Virus record (IMG/VR): IMGVR_UViG_3300032332_000345
Coordinates: 1 to 52,626 of that record
Length of the DNA: 52,626 nucleotides
Strand: one strand, 5' to 3'
Source of the DNA: a virus
Taxonomy: Duplodnaviria; Caudoviricetes
The notes below the pieces were generated by a model. That model did no database searches, was not told the DNA's origin, and saw only the letters and a list, made by a program, of their open reading frames with translations. Of the stretch, positions 8,325 through 19,295 are shown piece by piece (positions within the stretch are counted from its first letter, which is position 1; each line of letters begins with the position of its first letter). The position numbers and the translations under genes were made by a program.

Positions 8325-11300
8325 TGGCACGCTATAAAGTAACGGGGCCTAATGGCAAACAGTATTTAATAACTGGACCTTCAGGATCATCTAAAGAACA
8401 AATCTTAGGTGTGTTAGAAGAAAAATTAAGTACACCTTTAGATCAACCTACAACTGACGTTTTACCAGAAGCACCGGATGCAACGTTTGGTGAAAGCATA
8501 AAAGACCTTGGCGTAAGTGCATTGCAAGGTGTGTTAGGGGCTAAAGAAGCTATAACTGGTATCGCTGATATACCAACAATGGGTATAATTGGTAGGGGCG
8601 TTGCTCAAGCTGAAAAAGATTTATTTGGTGGTACTTCACAAGACGCACGTGCAAAACTTCAAGAATTTAAATCCGCAGAAGCTCAACAAGAAGAAAAAGA
8701 AATTGCAGCCACAAAGGGATTCCTTCCTACAGCTGGTGCTTATCTAAAAAGACCTGGCGCATTAGCTGGAGTTATTACAGAATCTATTCCTAGTATGCTA
8801 GGCGGTGCAGGTATTGCACGGGGTGTTGTGGGTTCTATAGCTAATGTAGCCGGTAAAAAAGCTGCTCCATTAATTGCTGGTGCTTTAGGTGAGGCTGCTA
8901 TCACATCAGGTTCTATTGCAGAATCAACTCGACAAGAATCTGAATCAGGATTACTTACTCCAGGCCAAGCAGGTGTAGCTACATTAGCTGGCGTATTTAC
9001 GGGCGGTCTAGGTGTATTTGGTGGTAGGATTGCACAGAAATTGGGTGTAACTGATATTGATACTCTAATGGCTGGTGGTATAGCAGATGCAGAAAAGAAG
9101 AGTATACTAAAACAAGCCTTCAAAGGTGCTTTATCAGAGTCTGTATTTGAAGAGTTACCTCAGTCACTACAAGAACAAATTATGCAGAATGTTGCAGCGG
9201 GTAAGCCTTGGGACGAGGGTGTTGCAGAAGCAGGTGCTAGTGGTATGTTGGCTGGGGCCTTTATGGGTGGACCTGCAAGTGCTTTATCTCAAGCAAAAAC
9301 TAATATGCAGATAGCAAGAAATAATCAACCTCCTCCTGCAGCTGAAAAAGAAGAAGAAGAACTTCCCTCAACAACAGTGCCTCCTACGGAAAAGCTTGAA
9401 GATATAAATGCATTAGAACTCTTAAATAGAGCTAGAACAAATATAGAAGGGAAAATAGATGAACAACTTAAGCCCAAAAAATCTAGAAAAGGCGTTCCAG
9501 TATCTGGAGGACCCGAAGATGGAGCTGCCGGAGTCGCTAAAGGAGATGACGGATCTGGAGTGGTTCGCGGTGGAATTAATGCTGAACCAACTGATGATGG
9601 AGCGGGAGCACAGCCAACTGCATTAACTAAAGAATCTTTTCTAAGTGATATATCTGCACAAGGTTTACAATTTAAAAATACTTCGCAAGTTAGGAACTAC
9701 TTAAAAACTAAGGTAGATAAAACCACTCTTGCTCAATTAGAATTAGAAACTCCTACCATAGTTAAAGATTTATTTAACGAGCATAAATCTCAGCCAGAAA
9801 TTAAACCATTAGCAGAACGAATTCTTAAACTTGAAGAAGCTAATAATCAAGCACGTCTTAAACAAGAAGGAGAAGAATTAACTCAAGAACAACTTGATAC
9901 TTTACCTACCTATCTTAGAACAGTAAGCCCTTATGCAAAAGAAGCTCCTCTTAATAAAGAACGTGGAATGCAAACAGCGGCTGTGGAAAAAGCTTTTGAT
10001 ACGATTGATACTGCTGATATTAAAGGCCTTAAAAAAGAATTACAAAATGATGCTACATATGCAACTCAACAAGCATTAGCTAGAAGAAAAACACGTATAA
10101 AAGAGCTCATGAATGAACAAAAAATTACAGAGAAAAAAGCTAAAGAAATAGTAGGACCTGCTGAAAATTATGTTTTCTCAAGCTTAAGACCAACTCAACT
10201 TAAAACTAGAGAAGAACTTGTTGCATTAATTAAAAAATATGAGGGCAAGAGTGAGAAAGAATTAACTAACGATCAGATAGAAGAAGCTAAAGCTCGTGAT
10301 GAGTTTATTGATAGCCTGTCTGAAAGAGAAAAAGTATTACTTGAACAACAAAAGTATGATGCTATTAATCTAGAGCTTGAATCTAATAGACAGCAAGTTA
10401 TTAATGAAAAACTATTAAAACAAAAACAAAAAGCTCAGAAAAAAGTTGCTGCTGAAGTAGAAGAACAAATAACAGAATCTAAATTAATACCTGAAATAGA
10501 TACTAAACCTATCATGTTTAGTGAAAGCACGATTCTTAATAAAGGTACACGCATTGTTAATAAAAAAGTTAACTCTGCAATTAGTAATAACAAACCTTTC
10601 TTAGATATATTAAAAGACGTAGCTGGTGGAGAATTTAATAAATACTTCTCATACCAAACAGTTGCTGATATGTTACAAGAAAAAATAACTACATTAGCTA
10701 AACCTAAAGCTATGAATATGAAGGGTATGGCTTTACCTACAGTTGTTTATGGCACAGTTGAAAATGGTAGGCCAGCTAAATTTGACCCAGCTACTAATAC
10801 AATTACAATCGACCCTAACAATTCTCAAGGTCAAGACCTAGGTCAAATTCTAACCCATGAGTCTATGCACTATATGCTAGACCATATTATTGATAATCGT
10901 AAAAACTTATCTGAAGGTCAGAAGAATGCACTAAATCGTTTAGAACAATTACATAAACAAGTTAAAGCTAAACTAGGTAATCAATTTGATATACCTAATC
11001 TAAAAGAGTTTGTTGCAGAAGCATTTACTAATAGTGACTTTCAAAGAGCTCTAGCTAGCCTTCGTCCACCGCGTGGTAGCAAACTATATAGAACTGCATC
11101 TGATATTGTATGGAACATTTCTAAAGCTATTGTTAGTGCATTAGGACTTCGTTTTAATGCGGTTCCGCCTGTAGTACTTGAAGAAACAATTGACTTAGTA
11201 TCTAGTATTATTACAGACAAAGCTTATACCCTACCTACAGAAACGATGATGGGTGCAGCGCCTTCCTTCGCACCTAAACAAGCGGGTGAACCTAGACCTT

Positions 11301-14300
11301 TATTTGATCCTGAAGAATACAAGAAAAAACAATCCGTAAAAGAATATCATAAACCAAATACTGTAGAAACAGTTAAGCGTACTATTGTAGGTGAAAGAGC
11401 TAGAGACTCTCTAATTACCAAGTTTCAAAACAGTAGATACGCTATTAAAAAATGGCAAAAAAATCTACAAAAAGCTGGGCTTATTAAAGTATTAGGTGAT
11501 GGGTTTAATAATATTAATGATTACATTACTTTAGCGTTTGGTGAAGCAAACTTTAGACAAAAAGAATATTTAGAAAAACCCATGCAAGATTTACAAAGAG
11601 CCTTACAGGAGCTTGCAAACAAATCTAATAAATCTATCGGAGATACACTAGGTGACTTACAAGCGTACGCTATAGCATTACATGAGCCAGAACGTAGACA
11701 TATTAAATTTTTAAAAACTGCTCCTCTAAAACCAAGGGCAGCTACCGAACGTGATGCTATATTTAGCCTTGTGTCATCAACTACAAATCTTACTACTTCT
11801 GAATTGCAAGAGCTTCGTGCATATCTAGAAAAAATAGTTGCAAATAATTTAGATCCAGCTGGTGAAGGTGGGTACAAAGGACCAGAATCAATTAATGAGC
11901 AAAGTTCTAATTATAATGTGACTGCGGATTTAAACTCTAATGAGATAGCTGCCCTACAAAGAACCTATCAAAATGATCCTAACAAAGCAGATATAGACAA
12001 GCTGTTGGCGCTATTAAAACCTATTCAGTCTGCAACTATTCAGCTAAATAAAATGGGTAATTATTGGTCACAAGCTACAGATAATATTACAGCCTTTTAT
12101 AATTGGCAAAACTATGTACCATTAAAATATAAAAAAGGTAAGATGCCAAGTAATGTAGAGGACTTAGAGTTAAGAGATAAACGTTTAAGTAATGAGCTAA
12201 GAGAATCTGTAGGAAGTTTTGAGGGCTCAACAGAAGAAGCAGAAAATCCAATCATTCAAACTATGGTAGATGCATCATTATCAGCGGCTCGTGCTGGACG
12301 TGTAGGTTTAACTCAAGCTATTAAAAATGCAATTGAACAAAAACTATTAGATGGTAAAGTTGATCCTAAACTAAAATTTACTGCGCAAGAAATATATAGA
12401 GGCATACCTGAAGAAGGTCAACAAGCTATGAGAAGACGTAGCTCTATTCTTCATTATGATAAAGATGGTTCTTTGCAAATCCTTCAAGTTAATGATCCTC
12501 AAATACTAGAGTCTATTCGTCGCACCTATCAAGAAGGGCATCCAGTATTAGATATAGCTAACAAGTTTACAAGTTTGATTGGACAGTCTCATACTCGTTA
12601 TAACCCTGCTTTCCCTGTACTAAACTTTGTGCGTGACTCTTTAACTAATGCATTTGTAATGGCTGTAGATATGGGTCCTATGGAAGCGTTTAGATATATT
12701 GGTTCTATCAGTGCAAGTGTAGCAAATGGTGGTTTATTTAAAGCCAATAAAGTAGCTAGGCTCTACGCAAATAATGATATAGAAAAGCTTCGAGAATTAG
12801 CTAGAAAAGATGATTATGTAAAAGACATGCTAGAGTTTATTGAGCAAGGCGGTATCGTTTCTATTGTTGAAGGTTTATCAGTTAAGGGACAATTAAATAG
12901 ACTTTATAAAGATTTAAATAGAAGTAAAGTATTAAAAGCTAAAGATCAAATTGACCCATTCTTTGACGCTTGGGTATACACGTTTGAATTAGCAGCTAGG
13001 ACATCGGCTTATAGTATCGCTAAGAAAGATGCAGAATCAAAAGGAGCTACGCCTGAAGCAGCAAAACAGATAGGTACTGTCTACGCTAAACAACTAGCTA
13101 ACTTTGAAGAGGTTGGTGAATGGGGTAAAGGTCTAGGCGCTATGTTTGTATTCTTCCGTCCATCTGCTACAGGTGCTGTTCGTGCATTTGAATCTCTCGG
13201 CCCTATGTTAAGAACTTGGGAATCAGTAAAGAGATCATTACCTGAAACTATTACTAAAAATCCTCAAGCATTAGCTGAATATGAAGCAAACTGGAGAAAA
13301 CAAAGTAGAGCCGCTAGTGGTGTAGTTATTTCTTTATTAGGTGCTGGTGCTACTCTTTATCTGATGGCTGCAGGTTTATCTGATGATGACGATGAAGGTC
13401 GTAATAAAATTATTAATGATGACTTGTCTCGTTGGACTCGTTTTATGAGGTTTGATATAGGTGAAGATAAGGTAGTACAAATACCTTGGGGTTTTGGTTT
13501 AGGCGGTTTTGCTGCGGCGGGTGCTCAGGTAGCAGGGGCTATGTCTTCTAAATCTAATAGTCTAGCTAGTGTATTCGGTAACCTACTTAATATTGGTATT
13601 GACTCATTTATTCCTATCCCTGTATCTAGAATTAATCCTACTGATAACTTTGCGGCTTTTGCAATCGACTCTATTACACCTTCAGCAGTGCGCCCATTCT
13701 TAGAATATACAATGAATATGAACTCATTAGGCCAAGAAATTTATAATAACAGACAATCTAGATTTGGTGATGCATATACAGGCGGTGATAATATTCCTGA
13801 TATGTATAAAGATGCTTCCCGCTTGTTAGCTGACATAACTAATGGTGGTATTGATTGGAGCCCTAATACTATGTACTTCTTTGCTAATAACTATGCAGAT
13901 GGTCTTACACGTATAGCTCAAAATGGTTATGGTATCGGCTTAACAGTAACAGGGCAAAAAGACTTTGATCCTAAACGAGATCTTATTATTCTAGAAAGCT
14001 TCTTAAGTAACAAGTCTAACGTGGATAGCAGGGAGTATGGTAAAGTAGAACAAGAGGTATTAGAAAAACAAAAGATTATAAATATGTTTAAACAATCTAA
14101 CCCAGAAAAATACATAGATTATATTATGGAACATCCTTATGACGAAGGCATGATAGAGTCATTCAATAAAATGGCTGGTGGGGATCTTAAAAAATTAAGA
14201 GAAGATGCAAATGCTATAAGGCGTATGCCAGGACTTACTCCAAAAGATAGAAAAGCTATGCTTGAAATGAATAAGTTTACACAAAACCTACTTAAATCAA

Positions 14301-14344
14301 GTATCGTAAGTTCTATGGAAATGTTTAAAGATTTAGAAGACTAA
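8324..14344 (+). CDS. Large ejection (polyvalent) protein with zincin-like domain and LPD38-like C-terminus
   Basis: 2006 aa; THESMHY (HExxH) plus downstream EFVAE; Gly-rich hydrophobic segments; last gene of the virion operon. Confidence 0.65.
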   Translation: MARYKVTGPNGKQYLITGPSGSSKEQILGVLEEKLSTPLDQPTTDVLPEAPDATFGESIKDLGVSALQGVLGAKEAITGIADIPTMGIIGRGVAQAEKDLFGGTSQDARAKLQEFKSAEAQQEEKEIAATKGFLPTAGAYLKRPGALAGVITESIPSMLGGAGIARGVVGSIANVAGKKAAPLIAGALGEAAITSGSIAESTRQESESGLLTPGQAGVATLAGVFTGGLGVFGGRIAQKLGVTDIDTLMAGGIADAEKKSILKQAFKGALSESVFEELPQSLQEQIMQNVAAGKPWDEGVAEAGASGMLAGAFMGGPASALSQAKTNMQIARNNQPPPAAEKEEEELPSTTVPPTEKLEDINALELLNRARTNIEGKIDEQLKPKKSRKGVPVSGGPEDGAAGVAKGDDGSGVVRGGINAEPTDDGAGAQPTALTKESFLSDISAQGLQFKNTSQVRNYLKTKVDKTTLAQLELETPTIVKDLFNEHKSQPEIKPLAERILKLEEANNQARLKQEGEELTQEQLDTLPTYLRTVSPYAKEAPLNKERGMQTAAVEKAFDTIDTADIKGLKKELQNDATYATQQALARRKTRIKELMNEQKITEKKAKEIVGPAENYVFSSLRPTQLKTREELVALIKKYEGKSEKELTNDQIEEAKARDEFIDSLSEREKVLLEQQKYDAINLELESNRQQVINEKLLKQKQKAQKKVAAEVEEQITESKLIPEIDTKPIMFSESTILNKGTRIVNKKVNSAISNNKPFLDILKDVAGGEFNKYFSYQTVADMLQEKITTLAKPKAMNMKGMALPTVVYGTVENGRPAKFDPATNTITIDPNNSQGQDLGQILTHESMHYMLDHIIDNRKNLSEGQKNALNRLEQLHKQVKAKLGNQFDIPNLKEFVAEAFTNSDFQRALASLRPPRGSKLYRTASDIVWNISKAIVSALGLRFNAVPPVVLEETIDLVSSIITDKAYTLPTETMMGAAPSFAPKQAGEPRPLFDPEEYKKKQSVKEYHKPNTVETVKRTIVGERARDSLITKFQNSRYAIKKWQKNLQKAGLIKVLGDGFNNINDYITLAFGEANFRQKEYLEKPMQDLQRALQELANKSNKSIGDTLGDLQAYAIALHEPERRHIKFLKTAPLKPRAATERDAIFSLVSSTTNLTTSELQELRAYLEKIVANNLDPAGEGGYKGPESINEQSSNYNVTADLNSNEIAALQRTYQNDPNKADIDKLLALLKPIQSATIQLNKMGNYWSQATDNITAFYNWQNYVPLKYKKGKMPSNVEDLELRDKRLSNELRESVGSFEGSTEEAENPIIQTMVDASLSAARAGRVGLTQAIKNAIEQKLLDGKVDPKLKFTAQEIYRGIPEEGQQAMRRRSSILHYDKDGSLQILQVNDPQILESIRRTYQEGHPVLDIANKFTSLIGQSHTRYNPAFPVLNFVRDSLTNAFVMAVDMGPMEAFRYIGSISASVANGGLFKANKVARLYANNDIEKLRELARKDDYVKDMLEFIEQGGIVSIVEGLSVKGQLNRLYKDLNRSKVLKAKDQIDPFFDAWVYTFELAARTSAYSIAKKDAESKGATPEAAKQIGTVYAKQLANFEEVGEWGKGLGAMFVFFRPSATGAVRAFESLGPMLRTWESVKRSLPETITKNPQALAEYEANWRKQSRAASGVVISLLGAGATLYLMAAGLSDDDDEGRNKIINDDLSRWTRFMRFDIGEDKVVQIPWGFGLGGFAAAGAQVAGAMSSKSNSLASVFGNLLNIGIDSFIPIPVSRINPTDNFAAFAIDSITPSAVRPFLEYTMNMNSLGQEIYNNRQSRFGDAYTGGDNIPDMYKDASRLLADITNGGIDWSPNTMYFFANNYADGLTRIAQNGYGIGLTVTGQKDFDPKRDLIILESFLSNKSNVDSREYGKVEQEVLEKQKIINMFKQSNPEKYIDYIMEHPYDEGMIESFNKMAGGDLKKLREDANAIRRMPGLTPKDRKAMLEMNKFTQNLLKSSIVSSMEMFKDLED

Positions 14345-14532
14345 CCTATACGCCACGCCCTAACGCCTAAGTGGTTTTCTTTAGATGTTATATAAATCTT
14401 CATCTGTACTCTAGCCTTTTTAGCACACGACTCTATTGCACGTAGCATAATAGCAGGCTCTAATGTAGGGATAAAGAAACTCTGCCCTATATTCATTTCT
14501 TCAAGCGGAAATATCCACTCAGGTTCAGTCAC
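14341..14532 (-). CDS. Small hypothetical protein, possibly DNA-binding
   Basis: FPLEEMNIGQSFFIP...GVRAWR pattern typical of small phage proteins; overlaps the primase stop. Confidence 0.55.
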   Translation of the reverse strand: MTEPEWIFPLEEMNIGQSFFIPTLEPAIMLRAIESCAKKARVQMKIYITSKENHLGVRAWRIG

Positions 14533-17509
14533 TTGGAATTACCTCAATCTTTTTATCTAGCTTAAATGCATAGGTCCATACATTATATTCGTTACTAGCA
14601 GCGCCCTTCCAGCCTTGATTTAATCTTATACGGTCTTCTATTAAACCTATATTAGATTCTTTTACCTTGTTCTTAAACGTAGATACATTAATACTTAAGT
14701 CGTTTGTCAGGTAAGAATTAAACACACTACGAGAAATAAATACAGTATTTAAATCCACATCATCTCTAATAATTAAAGAGCCCTTAGGTTCACTTAATGC
14801 AATACCACCTTTCATTACAAGCATATTTGCATGGTGTTTATGTAAGAACTCAGAAATAATATTTTCATAATCTATAGTGTTAATCTGTATTACTTCAGTC
14901 TTAATATTAATCATTTCTTTACTTATGTGTCTGTATACTTTTTCTACATCTATGTTCACAATATCATATTCATTACATACATCGCCTGCAAAACAAGTAA
15001 GACCTATGATGTTATTGTAAAATCTATTAGCGGAGTTAAAACCATAATCTTTACGGAATCTTTCGACCCATTTTTCAATCCTAGGACCGAATTTATGATC
15101 CTCTTCCATGGTGTAGTGACGGATGATTTCACCCTTATTTTGTAGATCCATAATTGCTTGGACAAACTTAGGGCCTGCCCAACCGTAGTTATGTTTTAAA
15201 GTCTCAAATAATCTAGCAGCAAAGTTAGCGTCCTCATTTAAAGGTTTAGGTTGACCTAATTCAAACTCAATAAGCCGAGCTACTTCACCATTAGGATCGT
15301 GTTTATGAACTGCTAGCTTAGCATAATTGGCCTGGTTGGTAGTCATAAAGGTAAGTAAAGATGCCGATGCTTCGGTAGGTCTTTCTGCATTAATAGAACC
15401 ATACATTCTACCTTTAGGTTTACCTGCTGATACTAAATGGATTAATTCAGATAAGACGTCGGGTTGTATATTAGTTACTTCATCTATACCTAGTGGAATA
15501 TTATGCATAGCTAACATCCTACCTCTAAAATTGTTACCCGTCATACCTGAGTTAGTATGGAAGTAAAGCCCTTCAGGATTACCCCATGCACTTAATGCTG
15601 AGAATAAAGCACCTGATTTAGCACCGCCTGATGCACCTGATAAAGATATAGTAGCGCCAGGTGTATTAGAATAATTCATTAGGACAGATGAAAAGCCTCC
15701 TAGCATACAGAAAGCATGTACTTCTAATCCATCAGTATTTAATAAGTTAGCAGCCTTTTTCCAATTTTCATATGAACCTTTTTGTGTTAAATGCACAGCT
15801 GAATTTTCAGTGAGTGCTGACAAAGGAAAGTCTACAACTGTTCCGTCTTTTCTATATTCTTTAGTACCTACTGTAAAGGCAGATTTAGTATCATCAGTCC
15901 AACCCATTTGTGTTCTAAGTAATTCTGACTTACCTTTAAAGCTTAAATACTCACCCCATAAGTTTAAATATTCCATAAAATCTAATATCGCTCCTCTCTT
16001 TATGTTTACTCCTCTTGTACCAAAAAATCTACCAATCTCGTTAGGATCAGAAATAAACTTCATAGGGAATAGAAATACAGTAGGTTCATCAAAAGGAAAC
16101 ACAACTCTAACCTCTAATGAATACCCTTCTATTTTATTCCAAACCCGTCTCATAGGAAGTACATTATATATAGTAACAAGTACAGGGTCTCTGTGTTCTA
16201 ATTGTTTTGTTTTAGTATTTAATACTGGCGCTAATTCTTTGTATATACCGCCTGTTGCCCCATGCTTGAAAGGTCTTAATTCATCAGGGATATAAAAGGC
16301 ATTTGGGTTAAATATTGCATGTTCTAATTCTTGAGTAATTACTCTTCCTAATGGTTGCTCTATCCATTCTTCTTCAACATCATCGTCTTCAAATTCTAGC
16401 TCTGGCGGTAATACTTCCTGTAATGGAGTGTGTAATATAGCTATAGGAACTTCTCTAAATTTTCTAGCTAATACTATAGGGGTATTAATACGACCTTTAT
16501 TTACACAACCTTCACAATGTTCTGGATGTTCTTTAATAAACCATTCGCATGTGCGAGGAGAGTGCCATCCTGCATCTGCTGTTTTAAGAGCTTCTTCATA
16601 GTTATACCCTTCATAGTCTTTAGATATTGCTTCAATACCTTCTTCAAAGTCAACACATTTTCTAACTATGGTTAGTCCTGCAGCCCAGTAATTACGACTT
16701 AGGGTTTTAGAATTTTCTAGCATGTATTTAATTTGATTACAACCTTGACCCTCCATGCTTTTTTCTGTAAGGACTGAGAATTTATACTCGTGGTTATCTA
16801 AACCATGCATCCTACGTTCTTCTTCTGTCATGCCTTTTTTAGCTTGTTTTAATACTTGTTCAGTCGTAGGTTCTACCACACCTAAGAATTCTTTAAAGCC
16901 TTCAAAGTCATATACATCAATAGTGTCACTTATCACACTTGCAGCAAGACCAGGATCTTTTTTATAGTTTAAAGTATCAGGACATCGTAGTATACGAGCT
17001 AAGTCATATACAGATTTATCAACGTGTAACCCTTTACTTAAACAATAAAGTCTAAATTTATCTGCGTAGCCTTTCCATTCAGCGGCTTCAATATCTTGTC
17101 CAAAACACCAATAGGCATGTAACCCATTACCCGAATTAACTTTAACAGGCACGGGAAAATCATTTTCAATTACAAATTTATCTAGTGCTTCTTCTGCAGC
17201 TTCTCTTGATGGATAATCTTTTGTTTCCCCTACATCTAAATCCACATACATAGATTTAAAATAAGCTGCGTTATCACTACCCCGTTTACTATTCTTAAAC
17301 GACATGGGGCACACAAAAATATTAGTAGGTTTATTTGTTATCTTGATGTTTAACTGGATCTTCTTAACTTCAGTTTCAACTTCTTCAATAGTATCTACAT
17401 AGAAATGTCTTGTTCGTTTACCATCTTGATCTCGGTCCATCGTAGTTACGCAGTACGTGCCTTTGGATGGTAATACTTTTTTATAAAATTCTGTTATGCC
17501 TAAGCTCAT
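14525..17509 (-). CDS. Primase-helicase (AEP/RepB'-like primase, Cys cluster, DUF927-type helicase)
   Basis: VDLD, SGNGLHAYW and ARILRCP primase motifs; C..C..CxxC cluster; GASGGAKS and LGIDE NTPase motifs; start moved to ATG 17509. Confidence 0.85.
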   Translation of the reverse strand: MSLGITEFYKKVLPSKGTYCVTTMDRDQDGKRTRHFYVDTIEEVETEVKKIQLNIKITNKPTNIFVCPMSFKNSKRGSDNAAYFKSMYVDLDVGETKDYPSREAAEEALDKFVIENDFPVPVKVNSGNGLHAYWCFGQDIEAAEWKGYADKFRLYCLSKGLHVDKSVYDLARILRCPDTLNYKKDPGLAASVISDTIDVYDFEGFKEFLGVVEPTTEQVLKQAKKGMTEEERRMHGLDNHEYKFSVLTEKSMEGQGCNQIKYMLENSKTLSRNYWAAGLTIVRKCVDFEEGIEAISKDYEGYNYEEALKTADAGWHSPRTCEWFIKEHPEHCEGCVNKGRINTPIVLARKFREVPIAILHTPLQEVLPPELEFEDDDVEEEWIEQPLGRVITQELEHAIFNPNAFYIPDELRPFKHGATGGIYKELAPVLNTKTKQLEHRDPVLVTIYNVLPMRRVWNKIEGYSLEVRVVFPFDEPTVFLFPMKFISDPNEIGRFFGTRGVNIKRGAILDFMEYLNLWGEYLSFKGKSELLRTQMGWTDDTKSAFTVGTKEYRKDGTVVDFPLSALTENSAVHLTQKGSYENWKKAANLLNTDGLEVHAFCMLGGFSSVLMNYSNTPGATISLSGASGGAKSGALFSALSAWGNPEGLYFHTNSGMTGNNFRGRMLAMHNIPLGIDEVTNIQPDVLSELIHLVSAGKPKGRMYGSINAERPTEASASLLTFMTTNQANYAKLAVHKHDPNGEVARLIEFELGQPKPLNEDANFAARLFETLKHNYGWAGPKFVQAIMDLQNKGEIIRHYTMEEDHKFGPRIEKWVERFRKDYGFNSANRFYNNIIGLTCFAGDVCNEYDIVNIDVEKVYRHISKEMINIKTEVIQINTIDYENIISEFLHKHHANMLVMKGGIALSEPKGSLIIRDDVDLNTVFISRSVFNSYLTNDLSINVSTFKNKVKESNIGLIEDRIRLNQGWKGAASNEYNVWTYAFKLDKKIEVIPSD

Positions 17510-17598
17510 AATTTTCTTTCTATTTTTAGAGACAACACTGCCCCACCACATAAGTTATGTGTTTTTAAAATTCACTGCCGAGAAACTCTATTTTACTA

Positions 17599-17901
17599 CT
17601 ATAATTCTACTGAGTTTAAATAATATTTAGCATCAGAAGGATTAGCTACAGGTAAACGCCCATTACTAAAACCGTTCTTAACTAACTCTATAAAAGCATT
17701 TACTTTTATTTTATTTTTATCTCTAATACGTTGTCCTCTAAACCAGCTATGTACTGTAAAGCGTGATACACCTACCTTACGAGCTACATATAGTGTAGGT
17801 AAGTTTGCTTTGACACATAGCTTAGCCAGTTGAACCCCAAGATTATTAGGGTCCATTGTATTTAGAGTTTCTAAAAAGCCTTGACTGTAGGATCTAGCCA
17901 T
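17599..17901 (-). CDS. HTH DNA-binding protein
   Basis: VARKVGVSRFTVHSWFRG helix-turn-helix. Confidence 0.75.
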   Translation of the reverse strand: MARSYSQGFLETLNTMDPNNLGVQLAKLCVKANLPTLYVARKVGVSRFTVHSWFRGQRIRDKNKIKVNAFIELVKNGFSNGRLPVANPSDAKYYLNSVEL

Positions 17902-18779
17902 TAACTTTTAACCGACCATTTCTTCATCACTTCACTTGCATTATTTACAGGTTGAGGTGCTGGTTGAACTGATGGTCTTAATACAGGTTCACTCGCATCT
18001 ATATCACTAACTTCTGCTGATACAGGTGTTGCTTGTACTGGAGTGTCTGTTGTTGCTTCATCGTTTTGGTATACAGTTAATTTAACAGCTGTTTCAGCTG
18101 CGGCTGATTTACCTTGTTTTTGTAGTACTTCCATAATACTTGCGTCAACTGCAGCGGCTGGAGAGAATACGACCTTAGGTGTTGAAGCCTTTGCATCGAA
18201 TTGCATACGAGTTACTACTCGGCCTGCGCTTACATTGTTGTTAGCTAGTAATTGAACATATGGTCTGAACGGATATTTACCGCCTTCTTCTTTACCAAAA
18301 CATGATGTAGCAGGTAAAACTAATTGCATAACATCACCCGCTGGGTCAGAAGGTAATACAACGGCCATTCTCCATGAGAGACGACATGCTGTACCTGTAC
18401 CATTAGCACCTGAATTCTTTGCACTAAACTGACAAGTATCGCATGATTTAGATTGTGGAACTTTTACATCAATGTCAGGAACACGGCTATCACTAGACCA
18501 ACATGTTGGGCTAATCTTTTCACCTTCTTTGTATGATTGTGCATAGAATGTTCTTGAAGCGGTGTGTGCCATTTTAACAATGACCATGTCCATATAATTA
18601 TTTTCTGAGACACTTACTTCTTTACCACCGACTACTTTGCGAAATGCTTTACCACGAATTGAAATACGTTTATTGCCTGTATTTATGGCACCACCAGCAA
18701 CGGCCAGTGTATCTTCATCTAACCCAGTTTGAATAAGATTCGGACTATTTTGTAATATTACTGATAATTCACTATTCAT
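17901..18779 (-). CDS. Putative ssDNA-binding protein with Zn-binding cysteines
   Basis: CWS...CDTC...ACR pattern, low-complexity tail, replication module; GGAG RBS before ATG 18779. Confidence 0.55.
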   Translation of the reverse strand: MNSELSVILQNSPNLIQTGLDEDTLAVAGGAINTGNKRISIRGKAFRKVVGGKEVSVSENNYMDMVIVKMAHTASRTFYAQSYKEGEKISPTCWSSDSRVPDIDVKVPQSKSCDTCQFSAKNSGANGTGTACRLSWRMAVVLPSDPAGDVMQLVLPATSCFGKEEGGKYPFRPYVQLLANNNVSAGRVVTRMQFDAKASTPKVVFSPAAAVDASIMEVLQKQGKSAAAETAVKLTVYQNDEATTDTPVQATPVSAEVSDIDASEPVLRPSVQPAPQPVNNASEVMKKWSVKS

Positions 18780-18790
18780 TATGTTCTCCA

Positions 18791-19201
18791 CTAATTTGAC
18801 TTGCTTGTTGGTTTGCGTACAGTTATTGCGAATTCACGCAACGTGCTGATGCCAGGGGGTAGACCGTCCTCTTGTCGAGTGCTCATAAACTCTTTAAAAT
18901 TGGTCTGACTAATACGTTGTTGCAAGAGATCGAGTGCGTTGTTATCCACAACGAATTGCTTAAAGTTATCCCAGTCGCCACAAGTATAAGTTTCTTTTAA
19001 AGATTTTATAATCGTTCCACTCCCTGTACGAATGCTATCAGCATTTATTTCATTGCAGGCTACTAACATAGCCCGTTCCAGTTCGTCGAGGTCTGCTTTT
19101 AACTCAGAGTCCCTAATTTCCCACTGGTTCTTCAGTGTATTCCTCTCTGTTCTAATTGTCAAGTATGTTGTAACTAAATCATCTAACTTCATATCACTCA
19201 T
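18791..19201 (-). CDS. Hypothetical replication-module protein
   Basis: AAGGAG RBS; N-terminal coiled coil; LPPGI motif near the C-terminus. Confidence 0.6.
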   Translation of the reverse strand: MSDMKLDDLVTTYLTIRTERNTLKNQWEIRDSELKADLDELERAMLVACNEINADSIRTGSGTIIKSLKETYTCGDWDNFKQFVVDNNALDLLQQRISQTNFKEFMSTRQEDGLPPGISTLREFAITVRKPTSKSN

Positions 19202-19295
19202 TAATTTCTCCTTCGATAGCTGAAACTATAAAACTAATTAAAAAGACTGCTACTACAAAAACTACTAAACTAATTACTACATAATCTTCACTCAT
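19194..19295 (-). CDS. 33-aa single-TM peptide (not in ORF track)
   Basis: MSEDYVVISLVVFVVAVFLISFIVSAIEGEINE; overlaps both neighbours by 8 nt; GGAG upstream. Confidence 0.55.
   Translation of the reverse strand: MSEDYVVISLVVFVVAVFLISFIVSAIEGEINE

Noticed and set aside
18942-18950. Perfect DnaA box TTATCCACA
   Set aside because: Single copy inside a CDS with no cluster; compatible with chance
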